This document shows positions 1 through 15,443 of a DNA stretch of 64,000 nt, piece by piece. The first letter of the stretch is position 1. Every line of letters begins with the position of its first letter. The notes beneath the pieces were generated by a model, which saw nothing but the letters and a program-made list of their open reading frames with translations, ran no database searches and was not told the origin of the DNA. The position numbers were made by a program, and so were the translations under genes. Location: assembly GCF_009914755.1 (NCBI RefSeq), contig NC_060936.1; one strand, 5' to 3'. This stretch comes from the human T2T-CHM13v2.0 reference genome, Homo sapiens.

Positions 1-211
1 AATCTATCTTTTCAGAGAGCATTTTTGAAACAGTCTTTTTGTAGTATCTGCAAAGTGGATATTTGGTGCGATTTGAGGCCTATGATGGAAAAGGAAATAT
101 CTTCACATAAAAAGGAGACAGAAACATTCTCAGAAACTCCTTTGTGATGTGTGCATTCACCGCACAGAGTGGCACCATTCTTTTGAGAGAGCACTTAAGA
201 AACAGTCTTTC

Positions 212-842
212 TGTAGAATCTGCAAGTGTTCATTTGGAGCTCTTTGAATCCTATGGTGGAAAAGGAAATATCTACACATAAAAACTATACAGAAGCATTC
301 TCAGAAACTTGTTTGTGATGTGTGCATGCAATTCACAGGGTTGAAACTTTCTTTTCATAGAGCAGTTTTGAAACACTGCTTTTGTAGAATCTACTTGTGG
401 ATATTTGGAGCTATTTGAGGAATTCGTTGGAAACGGGATATCTTCACATACAAACTAGACAGAAGCATTCTCAGAAACTGCTTTGTGATGTGTTCATTCA
501 ATTCACAGAGTTGAACACTTCCTTTGATATAGCAGTTTTGAAATAGTATTTTTGTAGAATCTGCAAGTGTTCATTTGGAGCTCTTTGAATCCTATGGTGG
601 AAAAGGAAATATCTACACATAAAAACTATACAGAAGCATTCTCAGAAACTTGTTTGTGATGTGTGCATGCAATTCACAGGGTTGAAACTTTCTTTTCATA
701 GAGCAGTTTTGAAACACTGCTTTTGTAGAATCTACTTGTGGATATTTGGAGCTATTTGAAGAATTCGTTGGAAACGGTATATCTTCACATACAAACTAGA
801 CAGAAGCATTCTCAGAAACTGCTTTGTGATGTGTGCATTCAA
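212..842 (+). repeat. Near-identical ~290-bp direct repeat at 341-bp (dimer) offset
   Basis: 212-501 versus 553-842, with only 3 differences seen by eye. Both copies share private variants (TCTACACATAAAAACTATAC, CATGCAATTCACAGGG). Confidence 0.9.
422..438 (+). other. CENP-B box with all 9 core bases (ATTCGTTGGAAACGGGA)
   Basis: Matches NTTCGNNNNANNCGGGN. Confidence 0.9.
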
Positions 843-1610
843 CTCACAGAGTTGAAGCTTTCTTTTGAGAGAGCAGTTTTGAAGCAGTCTTTTTGAATAT
901 CTGCAAGTTGATATTTGCAGTGATTTGAGGCATAAGATGGAAAAGGAAATATCTTCACATGAAAACTAGACAGAAGCATTCTCAGAGACTGCTTTTTGAT
1001 GTGTGCATTCACCTCACAGAGTGGAACACTTCTTTTGAAAGAGCAGTTTTGAAACACACTTTTTGTAGAATCTGCAAGTGTTCATTGGAGCGCTTTCAGG
1101 CCTATGGTGGAAAAGGAAATATCTTCACATAAAAACTAGACAGAAGCATTCTCAGGAACTTCTTTGAGATGTGTGCATTCAACTAACACAGTTAAACCTG
1201 TCTTTTGATAGAGCAGTATTGAAACACTCCTTTTGTAGAATCTACTTGTGGATATTTGGAACTCTTTGAGGAATTATTTGGAAATTGATAACATCACATA
1301 TAAAATAGAGAAAAGCATTCTCGGAAAGTTCTTTGTGATGTATGCATTCAACTCACAAAGTTGAACCTTTCTTTTGATAGAGCAGTTTGGAAACACACTT
1401 TTTGTAGTAACTGCAAGTGTTCATTTGGAGCACTTTGAGGCCTATGTTGGAAATGGAAATATCATCACATAAAAACTAGACAGAAGCATTTTCAGAAACT
1501 CTTTGTATGTGTGTGTTCAATTCACTGAATTGAACCTTTCTTTTGATAGAGCACTTTTGAAACACTACGTTTGTAGAATCTGCTTGTGGATATATGAAAC
1601 TCTTTGAGGA

Positions 1611-1627
1611 ATTCGTTGGAAACGGGC
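1611..1627 (+). other. CENP-B box, core intact
   Basis: ATTCGTTGGAAACGGGC. A similar box lies at 2971-2987. Confidence 0.88.
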
Positions 1628-4600
1628 TATCTTCCCAAAAAAAGTAGACAGAAGTATTCTCAGAAAGTTCTTTGTGATGTGTGCATTCATCTGACAGAGT
1701 TGAAACTTTCTTTTGAAACAGCAGATTTGATACATTTTTTCTGTATAGTCTGCAAGTGTCCATTTTTAGCGCTTAGAGGCCTATGGTGGATAAGGAAATA
1801 TCTTCACATACAAACGAGACAGAAGCATTCTCAGAAACTGCTTTGTGATGTGTGCACTCAACTCACAGAGTTGAACCTTCCTTTGGAGAGAGCAGTTGTG
1901 AAACAGTCTTTTTGTGGTACCTGCAAGTGGGTATTTGGAGCGATATGAGGCCTCTGGTTTAAAAGGAAATATCTTCACATGAAAACTAGGCAAAAGCATT
2001 CTAAGAAACTGCTTTTTGATGTGTGCATTCAACTCACAGAGCTGAGCCTTTCTTTTGATAGAGCAGTTTTGAAACAGTCTTTTTGTATAATCTGCAGATG
2101 GATATTTGGGAGATTTGAGGCCTATGTTGGAAAAGGATATATCTTCACGTAAAAACTAGACAGAAGCATTCTCAGAAAGTTTTTTGTGAGGTGTGCATTC
2201 AACTCACAGAGTTGAAACTTTCTTTTGATAGAGCAGTTTTGAAACACTCCTTTTGTAGGATGTGCTTGTGAATATTTGGAGCTCTTTGAGGAATTCGTTT
2301 TAAAGGGGATATATTCACATACAAAATAGAAGCATTCTCAGAAACACTTTGTGAAGTGTGCTTTCAACTCATAGAGACGAACCTTCCTATTGAGAGGGCA
2401 GTTTTCAAATAGTGTATTTGTAGTATCTGCAAGTGGATATTTGGAGCGATTTGAAGACTATGGTGGAAAAGGAAATATCTTCACGTAAAAACTAGACAGA
2501 AGCTTTCTCAGAAACTGCTTTGTGATGTGTACATTCAACTCACAGAGTTGAGCCTTTCTTTTGATAGAGCAGTTTTGAAACAGTCTTTTTTTACAATCTG
2601 TGGGTGGATATTTGGAGCGATTTGAGGCCAATGTTGGAAAAGGATATATCTTCACATAGAAACTAGACAGAAACATTCCCGGGAACTTCCTTGTGATGTG
2701 TGCATTCAGCTAACAGAGTTGAAACTGTCTTTTGACAGACAAGTTTTGAAAAACTCTTTTTGAAAAATCTGCAAGTGTTCATTTGGAGAGCTTTGAGGCC
2801 TATGGTGGAAAAGAAAATATCTTCATATAAAAACTAGACAGAAGCATTCTCAGAAACTCCTTTGTGATTTGTGTGTTCAATTCACAGAGATGAACCTTTC
2901 TTTTGATAGAGCAGTTTTGAAACACTCCTTTTCTAGAATCTGCTTGTGGATATTTGGAACTCTTTCAGGAATTCGTTGGAAACGGGCTATCTTCAGAATA
3001 AAACTATACGGAAGCATCCTCAGAAACGGCTTTGTGATGTGGGCATTCAACTCACAGAGTGGAACACTTCTTTTGATAGAGTAGTTTTGAAACAGTATTT
3101 TTGTGTAATCTGCAAGTGTTCATTTGGAGCGCTTTGAATACTATGGTGGAAAAGGAAATATCTTCACATAAGAAATAGACAGAAGCCTTCTCAGGAACTT
3201 CTTTGAAATGTGTACATTCAACTACAGAGTTGAACTTGTCTTTTGATAGAGCAATTGAAACACTCCTTTTGTAAAATCTGCTTGTGGATATTTGGAACTC
3301 CTGGGGAATTCTTTGGAAACGGTTAACTTCACATAAAACCTAAACAGACGCATTCTCAGAAAGTTCTTTGTGATGTTTGCATTCAACTCACAGAGTTTAA
3401 CATTTCTTTTGATAGAGGAGTTTTGAAACATACTTTTTGTAGAACCTGCCAGTGATCATTTGGAGTGCTGTTAGGACTACGGTGAAAAAGAAAATATCTT
3501 CACTTAAATAGTAGACAGAAGCATTCTCAGAAACACCTGTCTTATATGTGTGTTCAATTCACAGAGTTGAACCTTTCTTTTGTTAGAGAAGTTTTGAAAC
3601 ACTCATTTTGAGGAATCTGTTTGTGGATATATGAATGTGTCTCAGGAATATGTTGGAAACGGGCTATCGTCACAAAAAAAGTAGACAGAAGGTTTCTCAC
3701 AGATTTCTTTGGGATGTGTGCATTCCACTCACAAAGTTGAACTTTTCATTTGACAGAGCAGATTTGAAACATTCCTTCTGTATAATCTGCAAGTTTTCAT
3801 TCTGAGCGCTTAGAGGCCTAAGGTGGAAAAGGAAACATCTTCACATAAAAACTAGACAGAAGCATTCTCAGAAACTCCTTTGTGATTTGTGTGTTCAATT
3901 CACAGAGATGAACTTTTCTTTTGATAGAGCAGTTTTGAAACACTCCTTTTCTAGAATCTGCTTGTGGATATTTGGAATGCTTTGAGCAATTCTTTGGAAA
4001 CGGGCTATCTTCAGAAAAATAAACTAGACAGAAGCATCCTCAGAAACGTCTTTGTGATGTGGGCATTCACCTCACAGAGTGGAACCCTTCTTTTGATAGA
4101 GCAGTTTGGACACAGTCTTGTTGTATAATCTGCAAGTGTTCATTTGGAGCGCTTTGAATCCTATGGTGGAAAAGGAAATATCTTCACATAAAAAATAGAC
4201 AGACGCATTCTCGGGAACTTCTTTGATATGTGTGCGTTCAACTAACAGAGTTGAACTTGTCTTTTGATAGAGCAGTATTGAAACACTCCTTTTGTAGAAT
4301 CTGCTTGTGGATATTTGGAACTCCTGTGGAATTCTTTGGAAGCAGTTAACTTCACATAAATCTTAGACAGTCGCATTCTCAGAAAGTTCTTTGTGATGTG
4401 TGCATTCAACTCACAGAGTTGAACCTTTCTTCTGTTAGAGCAGTTTTGAAACACACTTTTTGTAGAATCTGCAAGTGATCATTTGGAGTGCTGTGAGGAC
4501 TATGGTGGAAAAGGTAATATCTTCACATAAAAACTAGACAGAAGCATTCTCAGAAACACCTTTCTTATGTGTGTGTTCAATTCACAGAGTTGAACCTTTC

Positions 4601-7600
4601 TTTTGATAGAGCAGTTTTGAAACACTCCTTTAGAGGGATCTGCTTGTGGATATATGAAGGTGATTCAGGAATACGTTGGAAACGGGCTATCTTCACAAAA
4701 AAAGTAGACAGAAGTACTCTCATTAATTTCTTTGTGATGAGTGCATTCCACTCACAGAGTGGAACTTCTCCTTTGATAGAGCAGATTTGAAAAGTTCCTT
4801 CTGTATAATCTGCAAGTGTTTATTCTGAGCGCATAGAGGCCTATGGTGGAAAAGGAAATATTGTCACATAAAAACTAGACAGAAGCATTTTCAGAAACTT
4901 TTTTGTGATGTGTGCATTCAACTCAAAGAGTGGAACATTTATTTTGATACAGCAGTTTTGAAACACTCCTTTTTTTGAAGAATCTGCTTGTGGATATATG
5001 GAGCTCTTTGAGGAATTCATTTAAACAGGATATATTCACCAACAAAATTGAAGCATTCTCAGAAACTGCTTTGTAATGTCTGCATTCAACTCACAGAGTT
5101 GAGACTTCCTTTTGAGAGAGCAGTTTTGAAACTGTTTTTGTAGTATCTGCAAGTGGATATTTGGAGCGATTTGAGACTTAAAGTGGAAAAGGAAATATCT
5201 TCAAATAAAAAATAGACAGAAGCATTCTCACAAACTGCTTTGTGATGTGTGCATTAAACTCACACGGTTGAACCCTTCCTTTGATAGAGCAGTTTTGAAA
5301 CAGTCTTTTTGTTGTATCTGCAACTGTTCATTTGGAGCGCTTTGGAGCCTATGGTGGAAGAGGTAATATCTTCACATAAAAACTAGACAGAAGCATTCTC
5401 AGAAACCTTTTTGTGATCTGTCCATTCAACTCACAGAGATGAACCTTTCTTTTGAGAGAGCAGTTTTGAAAAAGTCTTTTTGTGGTACCTGCAAGTGGAT
5501 ATTTGGAGCGATTTAAGGCCTATTGTGAAAAAGGAAATATCTTCACATAAAAACTAGACAGAAGCATTCTAAGAAACTGCTTTGTGATGTGTGCATTCAC
5601 CTCACAGAGTGGAACCCTTCTTTTGATAGAGTATTTTTGAAAAAGTATTTTTGTAGAATCTGCAAGTGTTCATTTGGAGCACTTTGAATCTTATGGTGGA
5701 AAAGGAAATATCTTCACATAAAAAATAGAAGCAATCTCGGGAACTTCTTTGAGATGTGTGCATTCAACTAACAGATTAGAACTTGTCTTTTGATAGAGCA
5801 ATATTGAAACACTCCTTTTGTAGAATCTGCTTGTGGATATTTGGAACTCATGGGGAATTCGTTGGAAATGGGTAACTTCACATAAAAACTAGACTGACGC
5901 ATTCTCAGAAAGTACTTTGTGATGTGTGTATTCAGCTCACGGAGATGAATCTTTCTTTTGATAGAGCAGTTTTGAAACACACTTTTTGTAGAATCTGCAA
6001 GTGTTCATTTGGAGCGCTGTGAGGCCAAAGGTGGAAAAAGAAATATCTTCACATACAAACTAGACAGAATCATTCTCAGAAACACCTTAGTGATGTGTGT
6101 GTTCAATTCACAGAGTTGGACCTTTCTTTTGATAGAGCAGTGTTGAAACACTCCTTTTGTAGAGTCTGCTTGTGGATATATGAACCTCTTAGAGGAATTC
6201 ACTGGTAACGGGCTATCTTCACAAAAAAAGTAGACAGAAGAATTCTCAGAAAGTTATTTGTTATGTGTGCATCACAGAGTTGAACCTTCTTTTGTTGGAG
6301 CAGTTTTGAAACATTCTTTCTGTATAATCTGCAAGTGTTCATTTATAGCGCTTAGAGGCCTATGGTGGAAAAGGAAATACCTTCACATAAAAAATAGGCA
6401 GAAGCATTCTCAGAAACTCTTTTGTGATGTGAACATTTACCTCACAGAGTTGAACCTTTCTTTTGATAGAGCAGTTTTGAAACACTCCTTTTGTAGGATC
6501 TACTTGCGGATATTCGGAGCTCTTTGAGGAATTCGTTGTAAACGGAATATCTTCACATACGAAATAGAAGCATTCTCAGAAACTGCTTTGTGACGTGTGC
6601 ATTCAACTCACAGAGCTGAGCTTTTCTTTTGATAGAGCAGTTTTGAAACAGTGTTTTTGTCGTCTCTGCAAGTGGATATTTGGAGCGACGTGCGGCCTGT
6701 GGTGGAAAAGGAAATATCTTCACATAAAATGCTTCACATAAGTCGACAGAAGCATTTGCAGAAACTGCTTTGAGATGTGCGCATTCAACTCACACAATTG
6801 AACCCTTCCTTTGATAGAGCAGTTTTGAAACAGTCTTTTTGTAGAATCTGCAAGTGTTCATTTGGAGCGCTTTGAAGCCTACGGTGGATAAGGTAATATC
6901 TTCCCATAAAAACTAGACAGAAGCATTCTCAGAAACTTTTTTGTGATGTGTGCATTCAACTCACAGAGTTGAATCTTTCTTTTGATAGAGCAGTTTTGAA
7001 AAAATCCTTTTGTAGAATCTGCTCGTGGATATTTGGAGCTCTTTGTGGAATTCGTTGTTAACGCGATATCTTCACATACAAACTAGAAGCATTCTCAGAA
7101 ACTGCTTTGAGATGTGTGCATCCAACTCACAGAGTTGAACCATCCTTTTGAGAGAGCAGTTCTGAAACAGTGTTTTTGTAGTATCTGCAAGTGGATATTT
7201 GGAGCGATTTGAGGCCTATGGTGGAAAAGGAAATATCTTCACATAAAAACTCGACAGAAGCATTCTCAGAAACTTCTTTGTGATGTGTGCATGCAACTCA
7301 CAGTGTTGCCCCCTTCCTTTGATAGAGCAGTTTTGAATCAGTCTTTTTGTAGGATCTGCCAGTGTTCATTTGGAGCGCTTTGAACCCTATGGTGGAAAAG
7401 GTAATATCTTCACATAAAAACTAGACAGAAGCATTCTCAGAAACACCTTTGTGATGTGTGTGTTCAATTCACAGAGTTGAACCTTTCTTTGATAGAGTAG
7501 TTTTGAAACACTGCTTTTCTAGAATCCGCTTGTGGATATTTGGAGCTTTTTGAGAAAGTCGTTGTAAACTGGATAACTATACATACAAACTAGACAGAAG

Positions 7601-9377
7601 AATTCTGAGAAACTGCTTTGGGATGTGTGCATTCATCTCAACGTGTTGAACCTTCCTTTTGAGAGAGCGGTTTGGAAACAGTCTTTTTGTAGTTTCTGCA
7701 AGCGGATATTTGGAGCGATTTGAGGCCTATGGTGGAAAAGGAAATATCTTCACATGAAAACTAGACAGAAGCATTCTCAGAAACTTCTTTGTGATGTGTG
7801 CATTCACCTCACACAGTGGAACCCTTATTTTGATAGAGCAGTTTTGAAACAGTCTTTTTGTGGAATGTGCAAGTGTTCATTTGGAGTGCTTTGAAGCCTA
7901 TGGTGGAAAAGGAAATATCTTCACATAAAAGCTAGACAGAAGCATTCTCAGGAACTTCTTTGAGATGTGTGCATTCAACTAACAGAGTTGAACCTGTCTT
8001 TTGATAGAGCAGTATTGAAACACTCCTTTTGTAGAATCTGCTTGTGGATATTTGGAACTCTTGGGGAATTCATTGGAAATGGGTATCTTCACATAAAAAC
8101 TAGATGGAAGCATTCTCAGAAAGTCCTTTGTGATGTGTGCATTCAACTCACAGAGTTGAACCTTTCTTTTGTTAGAGCAGTTTTGAGACACTTTTTGTAG
8201 AATCTGCAAGTGTTCACTTGGAGCGCTTTGAGGCCTATGGTGGAAAAGGAAATATCTTCACATAAAAACTAGACAGAAGCATTCTCATAAGCTTCTTTGT
8301 GATATGTGCATTCAACTCACAGAGTTGAACCTTTCTTTTGATAGAGCAGTTTTGAAACACTTGTTTTGTAGAATCTGCTTGTGCATATATGTACCTCTTT
8401 GAGGAATTCTTTGAAAACAGGCTGTCTTCACAAAAAAAGCAGACAGAAGTATTCTCAGAAAGTTCTTTGTGATGTTTGCATTCAACTCATGGAGTTGAAC
8501 CTTTCTTTTGGTAAAGCTGATTTGAAATATTCTTTTTGTATAATCTGCAAATGTTGATTTTGAGCGCTTAGAGACCTGTGGTGGAAAAGGAAATATCTTC
8601 ACATAAAAACAAGACAGAAGCATTCTCAGAAACTGCTTTGTGATATGTATATTCAACTCAAAGTGTTGAGCCTTTCTTTTGATAGAGCAGTTTTGAAACA
8701 GTCTTTTTGTACAATCTGCAGGTGGATATTTGGAGCAATTGGAGGCCTATTTTGGAAAAGGATATATCTTCACATAGAAACTAGACAGAAGCATTCTCAG
8801 GAACTTCTTTGTGATGTGTGCATTCACCTCACAGAGTGGAACCCTTCTTTTGATAGAGTAGTTTTGAAACAGTCTTTTTTTAGAATTTCCAAGTTGATAT
8901 TTAAAGCCCTTTGAGGCCTATGGTGGAAAAGGAGATATCTTCGCGTAAAAACTGGACAGAAGCATTCTCAGAAACTCCTTTGTGATGTGTGTGTTCAATT
9001 CACAGAGTTGAACCTTTCTTTTGATAGAGCAGTTTTGAAACACTCCTTTTGTGGAATCTGCTTGTGGATATTTGGAACTCTTTGAGGAATTCGTTGGAAA
9101 CGTGCTATCTTCACAAAAAAACTAGACAGAAGTATTCTTAGAAAGTTCTTTGTGATGTGTGCATTCAACTCACAGAGTTGAACCTTTCTTTTGATAGAGC
9201 AGATTTGAAACTTTCTTTCTGTATAATCTGCAAATGTTCATTTTTAGGGCTTTGAGACCTATGATGGAAAAGGAAATATCTTCACATGAATACTAGACAG
9301 AAGTATTCTCAGAAACTTTTTTGTGATGTGTGCATTCAATTCACAGAGTTGAACCTTTCTTTTGATAGAGCACTTTT

Positions 9378-9390
9378 GAAACACTGCTTT
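9378..9390 (+). repeat. L1 target-site duplication, left copy (GAAACACTGCTTT)
   Basis: Matches 15431-15443 (GAAACCCTGCTTT) at 12 of 13 positions and directly abuts the T-rich tail. Confidence 0.9.
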
Positions 9391-9615
9391 ATTTATTTAT
9401 TTTTGTATTATTATTATACTTTGTTTTAAGTTGCATGTGCAAAACGTGCAGGTTAGTTACATATTTATACATGTGCCATGCTTGTGCACTGCATCCACTG
9501 ACTCGTCATCAACCATTAGGTGTATGTCCCAATGCTATCCCTCCCCCCTTGCTCCACCCAACAACAGTCCCCAGAGTGTGATGTTCCCCTTCCTGTGTCC
9601 ATTTGTTCTCGCTGT
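9391..9615 (-). other. L1 3'UTR and short decayed A-rich tail
   Basis: The 3'UTR has an eroded polypurine tract (~9538-9572). The tail reads TATAATAATAATACAAAAATAAATAAAT on minus. Confidence 0.85.
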
Positions 9616-13445
<3,830 letters not shown>

Positions 13446-13508
13446 TATGATGTTAGCTGGTGATTTTGCTCGTTAGTTGATGGAGTTTCTTACTAGTCTC
13501 GATGGTCT

Positions 13509-14524
13509 TTACATTTTGGCATGATTTTGCAGCAGCTGGTACCGGTTGTTCCTTTCCATGTTTAGTGCTTCCTTCAGGAGCTCTTTTAGGGCAGGTCTGG
13601 TGGTGACAAAATCTCTCAGCATTTGCTTGTCTGTAAAGGATATTATTTCTCCTTCACTTATGAAGCTTAGTTTGGCTGGATATGAAATTCTGGGTTGAAA
13701 ATTCTTTTCTTTAAGAATGTTGAATATTGGCCCCCACTCTCTTCTGGCTTGTAGGGTTTCTGCTGAGAGATCTGCTGTTAGTCTGATGGGCTTCCCTTTG
13801 AGGGTAACCCAATCTTTGTCTCTGGCTGCCCTTAACATTGTTTCCTTCATTTCAACTTTGTTGAATCTGACAATTATGAGGCTTGGAGTTGCTCTTCTCG
13901 AGGAGTATCTTTGAGGCATTCTCTGTATTTCCTGAATCTGAATGTTGGCCTGCCTTGCTAGATTGGGGAAGTTTTCCTGGATAATATCCTGCAGAGTGTT
14001 TTCCAACTTGGTTCCAGTCTCCCTGTCACTTTCAGGTACACCAATCAGACGTAGGTTTGGTCTTTTCACACAGTCCTATATTTCTTGAAGGCTTTGCTCG
14101 TTTCTTTTTATTCATTTTTCTCTAAGCTTCCCTTCTCGCTTCATTTCATTCATTTCATCTTCCATTGCTGATACCCTTTCTTCCAGTTGATCGCATTGGC
14201 TCCTGAGGCTTCTGCATTCTTCACGTAGTTCTCGAGCCTTGGTTTTCAGCTTCATCAGCTCCTTTAAGCACTTCCCTGTATTTGTTATTCTAGTTTTACA
14301 TTCTTCTAAATTTTTTTCAAAGTTTTCAACTTATGTGCCTTTGGTTTGAATGTCCTCCCGTAGCTCAGTGTAATTTGATCATCTGAAGCCTTCTTCTCTC
14401 AGCTCGTCAAAGTCATTCTCCGACCAGCTTCATTCCGTTGCTGGTGAGGAACTGCGTTCTTTGGAGGAGGAGAGATGCTCTGGTTTTTAGAGTTTCCAGT
14501 TCTTCTGCTCTGTTTTTTCCCCAT
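13509..14524 (-). pseudogene. ORF1: L1 ORF1 (RNA-binding chaperone), disrupted
   Basis: Starts MGKKQSRRTGNSK at 14524 and ends ..LQNHAKM* at 13509. It spans 1016 bp against the canonical 1017, with a 1-bp deletion near 14460 and in-frame stops such as TGA 14430-14432 and TAG 14076-14078. The 186-aa C-terminal frame keeps RPNLRLIG, ARREW and YPAKLS. Confidence 0.95.
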
Positions 14525-14979
14525 CTTTGTGGTTTTATCTACTTTTGGTCTTTGATGATGGTGATGTACAGATGGGTTTTTGGTGTGCGTGTCCTTTCTG
14601 TTTGTTATTTTTCCTTTTAACAGAAAGGACCCTCAGCTGCAGGTCTGTTGGAATACCTGGCCGTGTGAGGTGTCAGTCTGTGCCTGCTGGTGGGTGCCTC
14701 CCAGTTAGGCTGCTTTGGGATCAGGGGTCAGGGACCCACTTGAGGAGGCAGTCTGCCCGTTCTCAGATCTCCAGCTGCCTGCTGGGAGAACCACTGCTCT
14801 CTTCAAAGCTGTCAGACACGGACATTTAAGTCCACAGAGGTTACTGCTGTCTTTTTGTTTGTCTGTGCCCTGCCCCCAGAGGTGGAGTCTACAGAGGCAG
14901 GCAGGCCTCCTTGATCTGTGGTGGGCTTCACCCAGTTCGAGCTTTCTGGCAGCTTTGTTTACCTAAGCAATCCTGGGCA

Positions 14980-15054
14980 ATGGTGGACGCCCCTCCCCCG
15001 GCCTCGGTGCCTCCTTGCAGTTTGACTTCAGACTGCTGTGCTAGCAATCAGTGA
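14980..15054 (+). pseudogene. ORF0: L1 antisense ORF0, truncated at 24 aa
   Basis: ATG at 14980 reads MVDAPPPASVPPCSLTSDCCASNQ*, homologous to ORF0 (MAGAPPPASLPPCSLISDCCASNQR..). A CGA>TGA change stops it at 15052-15054. Confidence 0.8.
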
Positions 15055-15409
15055 GACTCCATCAGCGTAGGACCCTCCCAGCCAGGTGCCGGATATAATC
15101 TCCTGGTTCACCGTTTTTTAGGCCGATTGGAAAGTGCAGTATTCGGGTGGGAGTGACCCGATTTTCCAGGTGCTGTCTGTCACCCCTTTCTTTGCCTAGG
15201 AAAGGGAACTCTCTGACCCCTTGCACTTCCCGAGTGAGACAATGCCTCGCCCTGCTTCAGCTCGTGCACGGTGCACACACCCACTGACCTGCGCCCACAG
15301 TCTGGCACTCCCTAGTGAGATGAACCGGGAACCACAAATGGAAATGCAGAAATCACCTGTCTTCTGCGTTGCTCACACTGGGAGCTGTAGAACGGAGCTC
15401 TTCCTACTC

Positions 15410-15419
15410 GGCCATCTTG
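15410..15419 (-). promoter_or_regulatory. YY1 binding site at the L1 5' end (CAAGATGGCC), intact
   Basis: GGCCATCTTG on the + strand at the canonical position just inside the L1 5' end. Confidence 0.85.
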
Positions 15420-15430
15420 GATCCTACTCC

Positions 15431-15443
15431 GAAACCCTGCTTT
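15431..15443 (+). repeat. L1 target-site duplication, right copy (GAAACCCTGCTTT)
   Basis: Abuts the L1 5' end and is followed by TGTAGAATC, the expected continuation of the monomer. The inferred nick site is 5'-TTTT/GT-3'. Confidence 0.9.

Larger units (their letters stand above)
1..9390 (+). repeat. Alpha satellite array, divergent ~171-bp monomers, forward orientation (left of L1)
   Basis: The motif CATTCTCAGAAAC..TTTGTGATGTGTGCATTCAACTCACAGAGTTGAAC..TTTTGATAGAGCAGTTTTGAAAC recurs every ~170 bp. Monomers carry either GGTGGAAAAGGAAATATC (A/pJalpha box) or TTCGTTGGAAACGGG-like (B/CENP-B box) sequence. Confidence 0.99.
14525..15430 (-). promoter_or_regulatory. L1 5'UTR with internal sense promoter and antisense promoter region
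   Basis: GC-rich ~906-bp segment between the ORF1 ATG and the L1 5' end, matching the primate L1PA 5'UTR. Many CpGs have decayed. Confidence 0.88.
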
